Shown: positions 45,957-56,547 of the stretch, piece by piece | How the letters are laid out: the number at the start of each line of letters is the position of its first letter | How positions within the stretch are numbered: the stretch's first letter is position 1 | Assembly: GCA_030583785.1 (NCBI GenBank) | Contig: CP129475.1 | Location: 287,559-351,558, forward strand | Source: Candidatus Dojkabacteria bacterium | GTDB lineage: Bacteria > Patescibacteriota > Dojkabacteria > B142 > OLB20 | Length of the DNA: 64,000 bases | Direction of reading: 5' to 3' | The notes under the pieces: generated by a model | Told to the model about the DNA's origin: nothing | Database searches by the model: none | The model's input: the letters and a program-made list of their open reading frames with translations, nothing else | Made by a program: the position numbers and the translations under genes

Positions 45957-47633
45957 ATGAAAAAGCAACCTGTGAAGTATATTTTTATTTCAGGTGGAGT
46001 ACTGTCTGGACTTGGAAAGGGAGTATGCGCATCAAGCCTAGGCATATTATTACAAAAAAGAGGTTTTAAAGTAGGTGTGATTAAGTGCGAAACATATCTA
46101 AATGTTGATTCAGGAACAATCAATCCTATCGAACACGGAGATCCTTTTCTATGTGAAGACGGACTTGAAGCAGACATGGATCTAGGCACATATGAAAGAT
46201 TTTTGGACATAGAGGTGGGGCGCAAAAATTTTCTGACAATGGGAATGGTCTATCAAACTATCATCCAGAAAGAACGATCTATGGGATACGAAGGGAAGAC
46301 CGTCGACGCTATTCCGCACATTCCAGAAGAAATTATAAAAAATATTAAGAACGCAGGTGAAGGAAACGACATTTGTATCGTAGAACTGGGAGGGACAGTA
46401 GGTGAATATCAAAATATATTCAACATCGAAGCTGCCAGGATTATGAAACTGAACCATCCTGCAGATGTTATACATGTGCACCTCAGCTATGTACCAGTTC
46501 CCAAACACCTAGGGGAACCAAAGACAAAACCTACTCAACTTTCGATTCGACTCCTTAACAGTGCAGGAATCCAACCTGAATTTCTTGTGGTTAGAAGCGA
46601 AGTAGAAATTGATCGTAAACGAAGAGACAAATTGGCAATTAACTGTAATGTCAATCGTGACAACATAATCAACAACCCAGACCTAGATAATATTTACGAG
46701 CTTCCCGGAGTATTTAGAGATCAGGAGTTTCATAAAAAGGTGATGTCTATATTGAATTTAAAGCCAAAAAAGAAAAGAACCGACCTGCGTGATTGGCAGC
46801 TACTGGTAAAAAGAGTCAAATCAAAATTCGACAAAGAAATTACTGTCGCAATAGCCGGAAAATACTTTGCTACAGGCGATTACGAGCTACCGGACTCTTA
46901 TATCTCGCTGATTCATGCTATAAAACATGCCTGCTGGTATAACAAAATTGATCTCAATCTAAAATTCATCAATACAGAGGAGATTGAGAATAGAGGTATA
47001 GGTATGTTATCACAGCTTAAACCCGACGGAATTATTGTACCCATAGGTTGGGGGAAAAGAGGCGTCGAAGGAAAAATATCTGCAATCGAACTTGCACGAA
47101 CAAATAAAATTCCTTACCTTGGTTTATGCTATGGTATGCAACTTGCAGCTGTTGAGTATGCAAGAAATGTATGTGGTCTAAAAGACGCTCATACAGAAGA
47201 AGTTGATCCTTCCACACAAAACCCAATTATTCATAGCATTCCTTTTAACAGCAAATATCAAACGATAAAAGGAGAGGGTGTCTCGATGAGGCTAGGAGCA
47301 TTCGATTGCGTAATCAAAAAGGGCAGCCTTGCAGAAATGATATACAATAAACACAATGGCTGGAAGGATAAAAGGAGACTTATCGTCTCAGAGCGACATA
47401 GACACAGATTTGAATTTAACAATGATTACCGCTCTAGGCTTGAGAATCAAGGATTTATAGTATCAGGTGCTTCACCTGACGACTTTTTTGTAGAAATGAT
47501 TGAACTTGATCAAAAAGAACATCCGTTCTTCTTCGCAACCCAAGCTCATCCTGAATACAAATCTAGACCTCTAAATCCTCACCCGATCTTTCTAGAATTT
47601 ACGAAGGCTGCTTTAAAAAACAAAGCCTTATAG
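45957..47633 (+). CDS. pyrG: CTP synthase
   Basis: N-terminal synthase domain (ISGGVLSGLGKGVCASSLG, HGDPF..DGLEADMDLGTYERF). C-terminal glutamine amidotransferase with GLCYGMQ catalytic Cys and HPEY. Confidence 0.9.
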   Translation: MKKQPVKYIFISGGVLSGLGKGVCASSLGILLQKRGFKVGVIKCETYLNVDSGTINPIEHGDPFLCEDGLEADMDLGTYERFLDIEVGRKNFLTMGMVYQTIIQKERSMGYEGKTVDAIPHIPEEIIKNIKNAGEGNDICIVELGGTVGEYQNIFNIEAARIMKLNHPADVIHVHLSYVPVPKHLGEPKTKPTQLSIRLLNSAGIQPEFLVVRSEVEIDRKRRDKLAINCNVNRDNIINNPDLDNIYELPGVFRDQEFHKKVMSILNLKPKKKRTDLRDWQLLVKRVKSKFDKEITVAIAGKYFATGDYELPDSYISLIHAIKHACWYNKIDLNLKFINTEEIENRGIGMLSQLKPDGIIVPIGWGKRGVEGKISAIELARTNKIPYLGLCYGMQLAAVEYARNVCGLKDAHTEEVDPSTQNPIIHSIPFNSKYQTIKGEGVSMRLGAFDCVIKKGSLAEMIYNKHNGWKDKRRLIVSERHRHRFEFNNDYRSRLENQGFIVSGASPDDFFVEMIELDQKEHPFFFATQAHPEYKSRPLNPHPIFLEFTKAALKNKAL

Positions 47634-48319
47634 AATCTAGCTATAGGCTACACAAGAAACAATCACTGCGTAAACTCAGTTCTATCCAGAACATATGTCG
47701 CTATATTTTAGATGTACCGATCATATTCCGAAACCTATCCCTGCGTATTATTATAACAATAACAAACTTACATCTGTACAATTTTTATTAGTCTTTCAAA
47801 AAACTTAATATGTAGGCACAATTTGATGTGCAAGTTATATCTATCATTAACTCATGTGAATACACATTTATGTTGTATTAATTTATACAATACATTAACT
47901 CAACATCCTAAGAGTGACGCAACCATCACCACATACCTTCCACAAGATGCCGCGATTCACGATACGAAAATTATTATCAATTCATGTACCAATTTAACTG
48001 AGTATCGACCATTTAGCTAGAGAGCAAAACATCTAAATAATCCGAATAAATACAACTTAAGTATTAGGGGACACCTATTATCAATGATGCCATACTAGAA
48101 TATTTTAAAGTATTAGTTGTGTTTCGAATCGATTATTAGCCGATAATAACTAAACAGATTAATTTTGAGTACATTAAAAATTGAGTAAATACTTAATCTT
48201 GTATATTCGTTAGCGTATACTAAATGTGAGCTATTAATTTTCTTATGATTAAATAATTAGAAAAATTAATTAGTTGAAATCGTTGTTAGACAAAAGAATT
48301 AAGCAACAAGGTTCGTGAA

Positions 48320-50200
48320 ATGGCAAAAATTAAGAGTCAATCAAATAATCGGGTCAACTATTTTGCACTTGCTGTTCTCTTATTCCTTACATTTTCAATT
48401 CCATTAACACTTGTAGCAATTAATCTTGGCTTTAACCCATTTACAAGAGCGAACCAAACACTTCCTCCTAAAGAAGTTGTTGTAGCAAACATCACAGATT
48501 CTGGAGCAACGATAGCATTCATTACAGATGAACCAGTTTCTGCAATAATTAATTACGGGGTAGTCGAGAACCAGTTGAATAAAGTCGTTTCTGACAAACG
48601 AGACCTTTCAAGTGGGCTAACGGGTGATTATAGGACTCACTATTTTGAGCTTGCTGGATTAACACCAAATACAGTTTATTATTTTACTCCTGTTATTGTT
48701 GACACGGCTTATAAGAACGGAGCAGTACCCTTTACCTTTAAAACCCTTTCTGCAACGGAGGATCCGACCATACCTTTACCAAAATACGGCAGTGTTAATC
48801 CCCCGACAGCCGGCGCATTAGTTTACGCACATATCATATCTAAACAAGGATCAAATTCATCAACTGCTTCAGCTATAACAGCAGACAATGGTACTTATAC
48901 TTTCGATGTGGGGGTAATGCGCGACTCTGCTGGTAAACCTCTAGACCCAGCAGGACTAGAACTACTTATTGTAGCTGTTGACAACGAACTAGGTAGAGGA
49001 GGAAAAACATTTCCCTCAGAACAACAACCCGGCAGCATCGCAGTTGCAAAAGGCAACCAGATAATCTATGCAAACGAACTGAAAGAGATTTCCCAAGCTA
49101 CAACAACAACACCGACTCAAACTGCAGTTCCAACAGGAACTAATCAGCCAACTACTACTCCAACAACAGCTCCAAATCCAACACTAGATCAAAGATCAAG
49201 ACAGATACTGACATCACCAGACAGGGCGGAATCTACGGATCTTGCAGAACCAACTTCTCCTGCAAATATCTTTGTTAGCAATATTGATCAAAGTGGCTTC
49301 AATGTCAACTGGACAACCTCTTCAAAAACTACGGGGACCATTTATCTTCAAGAAAGCAATACGGTTTATAAAGACATTCGTGATATAAACGAAAGCCAGA
49401 CTCGCTATACCCATTCAGTTAGAGTAATCACGAGTAACTTTCAGGCAGGTGAAATAATAAATTTCACTATTGAAGTTAACGGCCAAAGGGTAGAAAGCTC
49501 CAGTTATCAATATCTTATCCCTTCGATTCCCTCTACATCAGCGCCAACCTTGACAATAAACGGAACAAGGACCAATACACATACAGAAACTGACACATCT
49601 GATTACATAGTCGCCAGTAAGTTAAGGTCAACCGATAGCGAGTCAACATTCAAGACCACGGTAGCAAATGCAAACTGGTCAATAGAAGCAGGGGATAGCT
49701 TACTGATTACTGATCAATCGTCTGTCGACTTCTTTCCTGCCGATTCTTCTACTAATACGACTATAACGGCATACGGGGAGTTCAATTCCAGAGATGGAAA
49801 GAATTCGTCAGCCTTAGAGCAGGTTCAGGTTCTTATGCAACCCAAATTAGCAATTACTAATCCAGCTCCAAATCAGAGCTATAATAACCTTTCAGAGATT
49901 TCAGGTATTGCCAGACCGAGTTCTGGGATAAAAATTAATCTAAACGGAAGAGAATATACTACTGCCTCAGATACAAAAGGTAATTGGGTAGTTCGCAACA
50001 TCGGTTTAATCGCTGGCACAAACACTTTGACTGCCACAGACGGAGAATCTCAACTGACTTTTCGATTTAACTTCACACTAAACCAACTACCAGATACTAG
50101 CCTTGAAAACTGGCAACCAGTATTATTTGGCGTAATACTTATTGTTTCTGGTATATTGCTTCGCAGATATAGAAATATTAATTATCGCTCAACCCAATAA
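48320..50200 (+). CDS. Surface protein with FN3-like domains, Thr/Pro-rich linker and C-terminal TM anchor
   Basis: N-terminal TM or signal. Two fibronectin-III/purple-acid-phosphatase-N-like beta domains (…ANITDSGATIAFITDEPV…YYFTPV; …NIDQSGFNVNWTT…). TTTTPTQTAVPTGTNQPTTTPTTAPNPT linker. C-terminal hydrophobic helix plus RRYRN. Confidence 0.5.
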   Translation: MAKIKSQSNNRVNYFALAVLLFLTFSIPLTLVAINLGFNPFTRANQTLPPKEVVVANITDSGATIAFITDEPVSAIINYGVVENQLNKVVSDKRDLSSGLTGDYRTHYFELAGLTPNTVYYFTPVIVDTAYKNGAVPFTFKTLSATEDPTIPLPKYGSVNPPTAGALVYAHIISKQGSNSSTASAITADNGTYTFDVGVMRDSAGKPLDPAGLELLIVAVDNELGRGGKTFPSEQQPGSIAVAKGNQIIYANELKEISQATTTTPTQTAVPTGTNQPTTTPTTAPNPTLDQRSRQILTSPDRAESTDLAEPTSPANIFVSNIDQSGFNVNWTTSSKTTGTIYLQESNTVYKDIRDINESQTRYTHSVRVITSNFQAGEIINFTIEVNGQRVESSSYQYLIPSIPSTSAPTLTINGTRTNTHTETDTSDYIVASKLRSTDSESTFKTTVANANWSIEAGDSLLITDQSSVDFFPADSSTNTTITAYGEFNSRDGKNSSALEQVQVLMQPKLAITNPAPNQSYNNLSEISGIARPSSGIKINLNGREYTTASDTKGNWVVRNIGLIAGTNTLTATDGESQLTFRFNFTLNQLPDTSLENWQPVLFGVILIVSGILLRRYRNINYRSTQ

Positions 50201-51133
50201 ATGAAAACATTCTTACAAGGAGCCGTTATGGGTATTGCCGAATTGATTCCGGGAATCAGCGGGTCCACACTAGCTCTGACAATGGGAATTTATGATGAGT
50301 TTGTTCTACTTCTTCATCAAATAGCAACTGTTCCAAAAATCCTGCTATTAATAATTTTGCGAAAGGAACAGTGGAAAAGTCTAAAAACTTTGTTAAAAGA
50401 AATAAACTTTCGTTTTGCAATCTTGTTAATTGCGGGGACAGGTGTCTCGATTCTGTTATTTGCTAATGTCCTTAGTTATCTCCTGCATAATCATCCGCAA
50501 TATATCTATGCCGCCTTCTGCGGAATCATTATTGCCTCATTAATCATACCTTACAGGGCTTTAGATAAGCCAAGCTGGAAAGAAATTACAATCGTAATTT
50601 TTAGCTTTTTGGTGATGTTTCTTGCTTTTGGTCTTACTCCTCCAAAAAATGAAAACCCTTCGTATACAATCATGTTTATAGGAGGCATCTTTGGAATTAC
50701 AGGTCTGTTTCTCCCAGGTGTCAGCGGTTCATTTATTCTACTGATTATGGGGATTTACACCTATGTCATAGAAACCGTCAAAAGCATCGCAACCTTAAGC
50801 ATTAAAACCAGTGACCTCTCCAACTTTCTCGTTTTTATCTTGGGACTTGCCTCAGGTTTTATAATTTCGGCAAAGTTATTACGCTATTTGTTAAAGCATC
50901 AATACCGAAATCTGATGGCTTTTGTTGCAGGACTTTTGATTGCTTCAATTCGTGTGCTTTGGCCATTTCTTAGAATAGAAGGGGAGGAAACTATCAAGGT
51001 ACTGCCTCATCAAGTTGATCTACAATTGTTGTTTGCAATAACTTTAATTGCGCTACTTGCTGGAACCATAACACTTGCAGTAGCAAGAAACTCTCACAAC
51101 GATAATGCTTCGCTTAGTGAAGCTAGTAGATAG
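50201..51133 (+). CDS. DUF368-family integral membrane protein
   Basis: Duplicated motif ELIPGISGST / LPGVSGSFIL, characteristic of COG2035/DUF368. About 8 TMs. Confidence 0.55.
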   Translation: MKTFLQGAVMGIAELIPGISGSTLALTMGIYDEFVLLLHQIATVPKILLLIILRKEQWKSLKTLLKEINFRFAILLIAGTGVSILLFANVLSYLLHNHPQYIYAAFCGIIIASLIIPYRALDKPSWKEITIVIFSFLVMFLAFGLTPPKNENPSYTIMFIGGIFGITGLFLPGVSGSFILLIMGIYTYVIETVKSIATLSIKTSDLSNFLVFILGLASGFIISAKLLRYLLKHQYRNLMAFVAGLLIASIRVLWPFLRIEGEETIKVLPHQVDLQLLFAITLIALLAGTITLAVARNSHNDNASLSEASR

Positions 51134-52446
51134 AATGAACCCGAAATAACAATTAGATCATCCTTATTGGCCTCCTTTCTTGCCAGTTTAAGTGCCTTCA
51201 AGGGCTCTTTAACTATTTCTGTTTCGACATCGGGTAATACATCCAGAATCATATTGGCAATCTCTTGTGCAGGAACTGAAGCGATCTCAATATCCTGCTT
51301 GGTCAAGAATTCAGATATAAATATCTTTTTTAGAGGTATCTTTAAAACTGAAAGCTGCTTTAATGCTCTATGGGCCCGATCTTTATCTCTGCCAGCCTTA
51401 AAGCCCACAATAAAAATCAACTTTTTAAGTCCTTGGATCTGATTAATTGAATCTACTAATGCTTTCATTTTATCTTCATTATGAGCAACATCTCCTATTA
51501 TTAAAGGATTATTTTCCACAATTTGTAATCTCCCTTTAATTATTGTTTGGCTTAGTGCATTAATTATGGCTTTAATATCCACTTTCCTATTCATCTTCTC
51601 TTGCCAAGATATGGCAGCGGTTATTGCAAGAGATGCATTTTCAAGTTGATGCCTTCCAAGTTGTGGCAGATTTACTTCGAATTCATAATCTTTGAAGCTG
51701 AAAAATCCTTTAGAACCATTAATATCAATGATGTTTTGATTAATACTCATATCTTTGCCTAGAATAAGGCAATTTGCAGACTGATCCATACAATACGACT
51801 TAATTATTTTAAGGGCAGAGGCCTGCTTTACACCCGTTATGCATGTAGCATTTTGTTTAACAATCTGAACCTTATCTGAAATTATTTCTTCTATTGTCTC
51901 TCCAAGAAATTCAGTGTGATCAAGCCCAACTGAAGTAATTATTGCGATAGAGGCTTGAACAACATTTGTTGGATCTAGTTTTCCACCAAGTCCGACCTCG
52001 AGTGCAACCACATCAACTTTGTTATCTACAAAATAGAGCAGCGCCATAGCCAAAAGAAATTCGAAATAGGTTAGGGTAATTCCCTGTTTATCTTTGGGGA
52101 AGAACTGATCATGAGCCGTCTTTACCTTGTTAAAGTAAGTATTAAAGTTGTCTTCGCTTATTTGTTTATTATCAATATTTATTCTCTCACAAACACTTTC
52201 AATATGGGGGGAGAGAAAGGACCCTACCTTATATCCCAAACCTGTGAGAATCGAACTGGTATATGTGGTTGTCGAGCCTTTTCCCGAAGTACCGCCTATG
52301 TGAATGAATTCCAGTCTTTCCTGAGGATTCCCCAAGTGCTCCAAGAAGCCCTTGATTCTCTCAAGATCGTAGCCTTTTATCATTATCGAACGAGTCGTGT
52401 AGTACTCGAGTTCTTTGAGCGTATTTGTGAACGCCTTGGATTTCAT
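51094..52446 (-). CDS. folC: Folylpolyglutamate synthase / dihydrofolate synthase (Mur ligase family)
   Basis: LEHLGNPQERLEFIHIGGTSGKGST P-loop region typical of FolC. The likely start is MKSKAFT at 52446, not the track's 52479. Its 3' end overlaps the convergent DUF368 gene by 40 nt. Confidence 0.7.
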   Translation of the reverse strand: MKSKAFTNTLKELEYYTTRSIMIKGYDLERIKGFLEHLGNPQERLEFIHIGGTSGKGSTTTYTSSILTGLGYKVGSFLSPHIESVCERINIDNKQISEDNFNTYFNKVKTAHDQFFPKDKQGITLTYFEFLLAMALLYFVDNKVDVVALEVGLGGKLDPTNVVQASIAIITSVGLDHTEFLGETIEEIISDKVQIVKQNATCITGVKQASALKIIKSYCMDQSANCLILGKDMSINQNIIDINGSKGFFSFKDYEFEVNLPQLGRHQLENASLAITAAISWQEKMNRKVDIKAIINALSQTIIKGRLQIVENNPLIIGDVAHNEDKMKALVDSINQIQGLKKLIFIVGFKAGRDKDRAHRALKQLSVLKIPLKKIFISEFLTKQDIEIASVPAQEIANMILDVLPDVETEIVKEPLKALKLARKEANKDDLIVISGSFYLLASLSEALSL

Positions 52447-52537
52447 TGTTTTTAAGCAAATAATTATGTAAACTCTCAATTATTATATCGTTTGAGACTA
52501 TACCAGAAAGATATTAACTATTACGATATTTAGTCTT

Positions 52538-54481
52538 ATGAATTCTAAAGAAATACGAAGCCGGTTTTTTAAGTTTATGACTTCTCCACCAAGAAATCAT
52601 AAAGTAATCGAGAATGTTTCTCTAGTTCCAGTAAACGACCCTACAATCCTATTTACGAACTCGGGAATGTTTCCTTTGGTGCCTTATCTTCTTGGCGAGA
52701 CTCATCCTCTCGGCACCAGACTTACAAATTTTCAAAGGTGCCTGCGAACATCACTTGAAGAGATAGAAGAAATCGGCGACAACAGACACACCCTTATGTT
52801 TGAAATGATGGGGAACTGGTCGCTTGGAGACTACTTCAAGAAAGAACAAATCAATAATGTTTTAAAACTATATGTCGAAGAATTTGGACTTGATGTAAAC
52901 AGAATTTTCGTCACTGTTTTCGCAGGAGACGACGATGCTCCAAGAGACGACGAGTCAATCAAGTATTGGCAAGAAGCATTTGCTAAATACGGAGTAACTG
53001 CAGAATTTTCAGAAGATATCCACGATCTACCTAATATCAAGAATGCAGGTAGTACCCACGCAGCAAGAATATTTCCGTATCCAAAATCAAAAAACTGGTG
53101 GCAAAGAGGCAACGCTGTAGGCGAACTTGGTGGACCAGATACAGAAATGTTCTACGACAGAGGAGTGGCCGAAAACGAAGTCTCCCCTGAAGAAGAACAT
53201 GTAAATTCTGACAGTGGCAGATTCATCGAAATTGGTAATAGTGTCTTTATACAATACAAATTAAACGAGAGTCTTAAATGGGAAGAGATTTCACAAAAAA
53301 ATGTGGACTTTGGCGGAGGCTTTGAAAGAGTTGTAATGTTGGCACAAAACAAAGAGGACATTTTCGAAACAGATCTATTTACACCAATCATATCCTCTCT
53401 CGAAGACCTTACAGGATTAAGATACAAAGATAGAAAGGCTATAGATCAGACTAGACAAAATTCGATAACAAAAAGTTTCAGAATCATTGCCGATCATATC
53501 AGAGGTTCAGTCTTTATCCTTGGAGACGGCGTCAAGCCTGCCAATAAAGACCAGGGTTACATCTTAAGAAGTCTGATTCGTAGAATGGTAAGAAGGGCAA
53601 GAATGATAGATCTTACAGATTTGTTTACTGCAAAGATTGCAGAAAAAGTAATCGATTTCTATGCAGAAGACTATCCCCATCTTATAGAAGAAAAAGCAAC
53701 GATACTAAATGAACTAGAAAAAGAAGAAGTTAAGTTTGCCAAAACACTCGAAAAAGGATTAAAGGAGCTGCAAAAATTTACAGGCAGAGGTATTAGTATC
53801 GACGGAAAAACAGCCTTCTTTATATACGAGACTTACGGATTCCCTATAGAAATGATCATTGAAGAAATAAAAAGTGAAGAAATCAATGATTCCGGAGATC
53901 TCACACCTGAAGATATCTCAAAAATAATTGCAGATTTTAATAAAGAACAAGAAAGTCACCGAGCAAACAGCAGAGCAGGGGCAGAGCAAAAGTTTAAAGG
54001 TGGACTGGCGGATCATTCCAAAGAAACAACGGCTTTGCATACCGCACATCACTTGCTTCTAGCTGCTCTACAAAAAGTTCTCGGTAAACATGTTAAGCAA
54101 CGAGGAAGCAATATTACAGCAGACAGGCTAAGAATTGACTTCTCTCATAACGATAAACTTACAAATGACGAAATCTCTGCTGTTGAAGAATTAGTTAACG
54201 AAGTAATGCGCAAAAGTTATGTAGTCGAAAAACAGATTATGCCCAAGGCAAAAGCAGAAGAAATTGGTGCCGAAATGGAGTTTGGTCAAAAATACGGAGA
54301 TCTTGTAAATGTATATTTTATTAAGGATCCAAAAGATCAGTCCATATTTTCGGCAGAGTTTTGTGGAGGTCCGCATGTAGAAAATACCAATGAACTGACA
54401 AAATTTGGCGTATTTCGTATATTAAAAGAAGAAAGTAACGGATCTGGAGTTCGCAGAATTAAAGCTACAATAAGCAAATAA
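52538..54481 (+). CDS. alaS: Alanyl-tRNA synthetase, short form lacking the C-terminal C-Ala domain
   Basis: N-terminal VPVNDPTILFTNSGMFPLVPYLLG class-II AlaRS motifs. Editing-domain HxxxH (HTAHHLLLAAL) and C..GGPHV near the C-terminus. 647 aa against about 870 aa for canonical AlaRS. Confidence 0.85.
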   Translation: MNSKEIRSRFFKFMTSPPRNHKVIENVSLVPVNDPTILFTNSGMFPLVPYLLGETHPLGTRLTNFQRCLRTSLEEIEEIGDNRHTLMFEMMGNWSLGDYFKKEQINNVLKLYVEEFGLDVNRIFVTVFAGDDDAPRDDESIKYWQEAFAKYGVTAEFSEDIHDLPNIKNAGSTHAARIFPYPKSKNWWQRGNAVGELGGPDTEMFYDRGVAENEVSPEEEHVNSDSGRFIEIGNSVFIQYKLNESLKWEEISQKNVDFGGGFERVVMLAQNKEDIFETDLFTPIISSLEDLTGLRYKDRKAIDQTRQNSITKSFRIIADHIRGSVFILGDGVKPANKDQGYILRSLIRRMVRRARMIDLTDLFTAKIAEKVIDFYAEDYPHLIEEKATILNELEKEEVKFAKTLEKGLKELQKFTGRGISIDGKTAFFIYETYGFPIEMIIEEIKSEEINDSGDLTPEDISKIIADFNKEQESHRANSRAGAEQKFKGGLADHSKETTALHTAHHLLLAALQKVLGKHVKQRGSNITADRLRIDFSHNDKLTNDEISAVEELVNEVMRKSYVVEKQIMPKAKAEEIGAEMEFGQKYGDLVNVYFIKDPKDQSIFSAEFCGGPHVENTNELTKFGVFRILKEESNGSGVRRIKATISK

Positions 54482-55077
54482 TGAAGAATTTCACAAAAAA
54501 GGATTTCATTAGAAAAGCAATGCATGTTTCTTTTGGAACAATTCTCCTTTTTCTCTTCTATTACAATATTCTTGAACTTTGGCATTTTCTAGTTCTCTGG
54601 CTTGTAGGCTTCTCTTTTTCTGTAGGTTTAAAACTAGGTCTTAACGCAGGTTTTATCGGAAGAGCAATTCAAGACCTGGATAAAGACGATTTTATGCCAG
54701 CTCAAGGAATGCTTTATTATTATTCAACTTTCTTATTCTTAGTCTTTCTACAAAACCATTACGGATTAGACAAAGACTTTATTCTGCACTCGTTTTTGGT
54801 CTTAATGTTTGCTGATCCAGCTTCCTTCATTGCAGGGAAAGGTTTTGGCAAGACAAAACTACCTTTTCACAGTAAAAAAACAATTCTCGGCACTGCAACA
54901 GGAATGCTAGTAGCAGTTGTAGTTAGTCTCTTATTTGTCAGTCCCATAATTGCTATAGTGATTGGCGTGCTTTCAATGACAATGGATGTAATCGATGTAA
55001 AAATTGGCAATCTGGAAATCGATGATAATTTCTTGATACCTAGTGCTGTCTTTGTTCTAAGATTACTTTTGCTCTAA
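54481..55077 (+). CDS. Small polytopic membrane protein, hypothetical
   Basis: Start overlaps the alaS stop (TAATG). About 6 TMs. No confident family assignment. Confidence 0.35.
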   Translation: MKNFTKKDFIRKAMHVSFGTILLFLFYYNILELWHFLVLWLVGFSFSVGLKLGLNAGFIGRAIQDLDKDDFMPAQGMLYYYSTFLFLVFLQNHYGLDKDFILHSFLVLMFADPASFIAGKGFGKTKLPFHSKKTILGTATGMLVAVVVSLLFVSPIIAIVIGVLSMTMDVIDVKIGNLEIDDNFLIPSAVFVLRLLLL

Positions 55078-55082
55078 CAGCC

Positions 55083-56138
55083 TTGACAAGCAATTCATTT
55101 GAAAAAGAAATAAAGCCACTTGAACTTAAAAAGGACTATCCGTTAGCAAAACATACAACCTGGAAGGTTGGAGGACCTGCCGAATATTTTGTAGAAGTCA
55201 AAACCAAGCAAGATCTTATCAAAAGTATAATTGCTGCCAGAAAAGCTGACATTGCGGTAACAATAATTGGCTGGGGAAGCAATATTCTTGTCTCTGATAA
55301 AGGTATTAAAGGACTAGTAATTAAAAACAGTTATTCAGAAATTAATATTCTGGAGGAGTGCTCTTATTCCCCCGACAAAACAAACTACGCTCGCTTGAAA
55401 CAAGTTGATTCTAGCCAATACTATTCATTTACAGACATTGACTACATAGAAGAAACCTCAGTTGCAAGAAAAGTGAATATATCTAGTGGCACCCCCTTAC
55501 CTTTAACAATAAACACATTAATCAGACAAGGGATAACAGGTCTTCAATGGTTCTCCGGGATACCGGGGACAATAGGAGGTGCTGTCTATAACAACATTCA
55601 TGGAGGCTCTCACTTTATTGCTGAATTTGTAAGTAGAGTAGAGGTATTAGACGAAAATAATAATCTAACATGGATAGACAAAGAGCAACTTGATTTTGCC
55701 TACGATTACTCAATTTTTCAGACAAATACTAATTACATAGTCAGTGTAGAGTTTTGCTTTCCTATCGGAGATAAAGACAAAGCACTAGCTGCTTCAACAG
55801 AATGGGCAAGGAAAAAGAGCCTGCAGCCCTCAAATTCTGCAGGTTGTACATATCAAAACATTACCGAAACAGAGCAAGAAAAACTTGGATTGGAATCAAA
55901 TAGCTGGGGCTACATTATAGATAAAATACTTGGCCTAAAGGGTAAGCAAATTGGTCAGGCAAAAATATCTGACAAGCACGCAGCCTTTATAGAAACATAT
56001 CCTGGCGCCACTTCAGAAGATGTAATCAAGGTGATGGAGCTGATAGCATCAACTTCTAAAGAAAAACTGGGTATTATTCCACACCCGGAAATATTCTTTT
56101 TAGGATTCAACGACGACGAACTCAAGCATATTAAGTAG
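55083..56138 (+). CDS. murB: UDP-N-acetylenolpyruvoylglucosamine reductase
   Basis: FAD-binding N-terminal region KHTTWKVGGPAEYFVEVKT...IGWGSNILVSDKG and MurB C-terminal domain. Confidence 0.75.
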   Translation: MTSNSFEKEIKPLELKKDYPLAKHTTWKVGGPAEYFVEVKTKQDLIKSIIAARKADIAVTIIGWGSNILVSDKGIKGLVIKNSYSEINILEECSYSPDKTNYARLKQVDSSQYYSFTDIDYIEETSVARKVNISSGTPLPLTINTLIRQGITGLQWFSGIPGTIGGAVYNNIHGGSHFIAEFVSRVEVLDENNNLTWIDKEQLDFAYDYSIFQTNTNYIVSVEFCFPIGDKDKALAASTEWARKKSLQPSNSAGCTYQNITETEQEKLGLESNSWGYIIDKILGLKGKQIGQAKISDKHAAFIETYPGATSEDVIKVMELIASTSKEKLGIIPHPEIFFLGFNDDELKHIK

Positions 56139-56250
56139 TTTGATTAAACCACCATACAAGGCCCGTATACAGTCACAAGTCTTATAGTTCACAATGGGCC
56201 GTCAATGAGACACCCTATAGTACACAGCTGTTGCAAATCTAATATATAGC

Positions 56251-56547
56251 GTGATAATATGTACAACATTCACCGACAATGTCGGACTTATTGTGAAATA
56301 TAAGAAATCTACAAAAATTGCAGTTAGGTTAGAACCAAGAGAGAAGCAACTTCTCTTTTATTTTGCTACTCGACTTGGCTTATCTCCATCTGCACTAGTT
56401 AGAAACCAGATAAAAACAATGCTCAACGAACTTGAAGAAAGGGTATCAGATGCCCATTTCTTGAATATCACAAATATTACTGCTCTTCAGGGACCTACAT
56501 ACACTCAAGAGGAAATCGAAAAACTTTTCGAAATAGAAAATGACTGA
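56251..56547 (+). CDS. Ribbon-helix-helix (CopG/Arc-like) antitoxin candidate
   Basis: KIAVRLEPREKQLLFYFATRLGLSPSALVRNQI is the RHH beta-strand plus two helices. Start uncertain (GTG at 56251 or GTG at 56293). Overlaps the downstream toxin gene by 8 nt. Confidence 0.5.
   Translation: MIICTTFTDNVGLIVKYKKSTKIAVRLEPREKQLLFYFATRLGLSPSALVRNQIKTMLNELEERVSDAHFLNITNITALQGPTYTQEEIEKLFEIEND

Noticed and set aside
47823-48020. 65-aa ORF in the long AT-rich intergenic region
   Set aside because: The composition is non-coding-like (His/Cys/Thr-rich nonsense peptide), and there is no RBS or homology. The region is more plausibly regulatory or ncRNA.
47634-48319. Possible replication origin in the AT-rich gap
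   Set aside because: I could not find clustered DnaA-box-like 9-mers (TTATCCACA and close variants), and no dnaA or dnaN is adjacent. AT-richness alone is insufficient.
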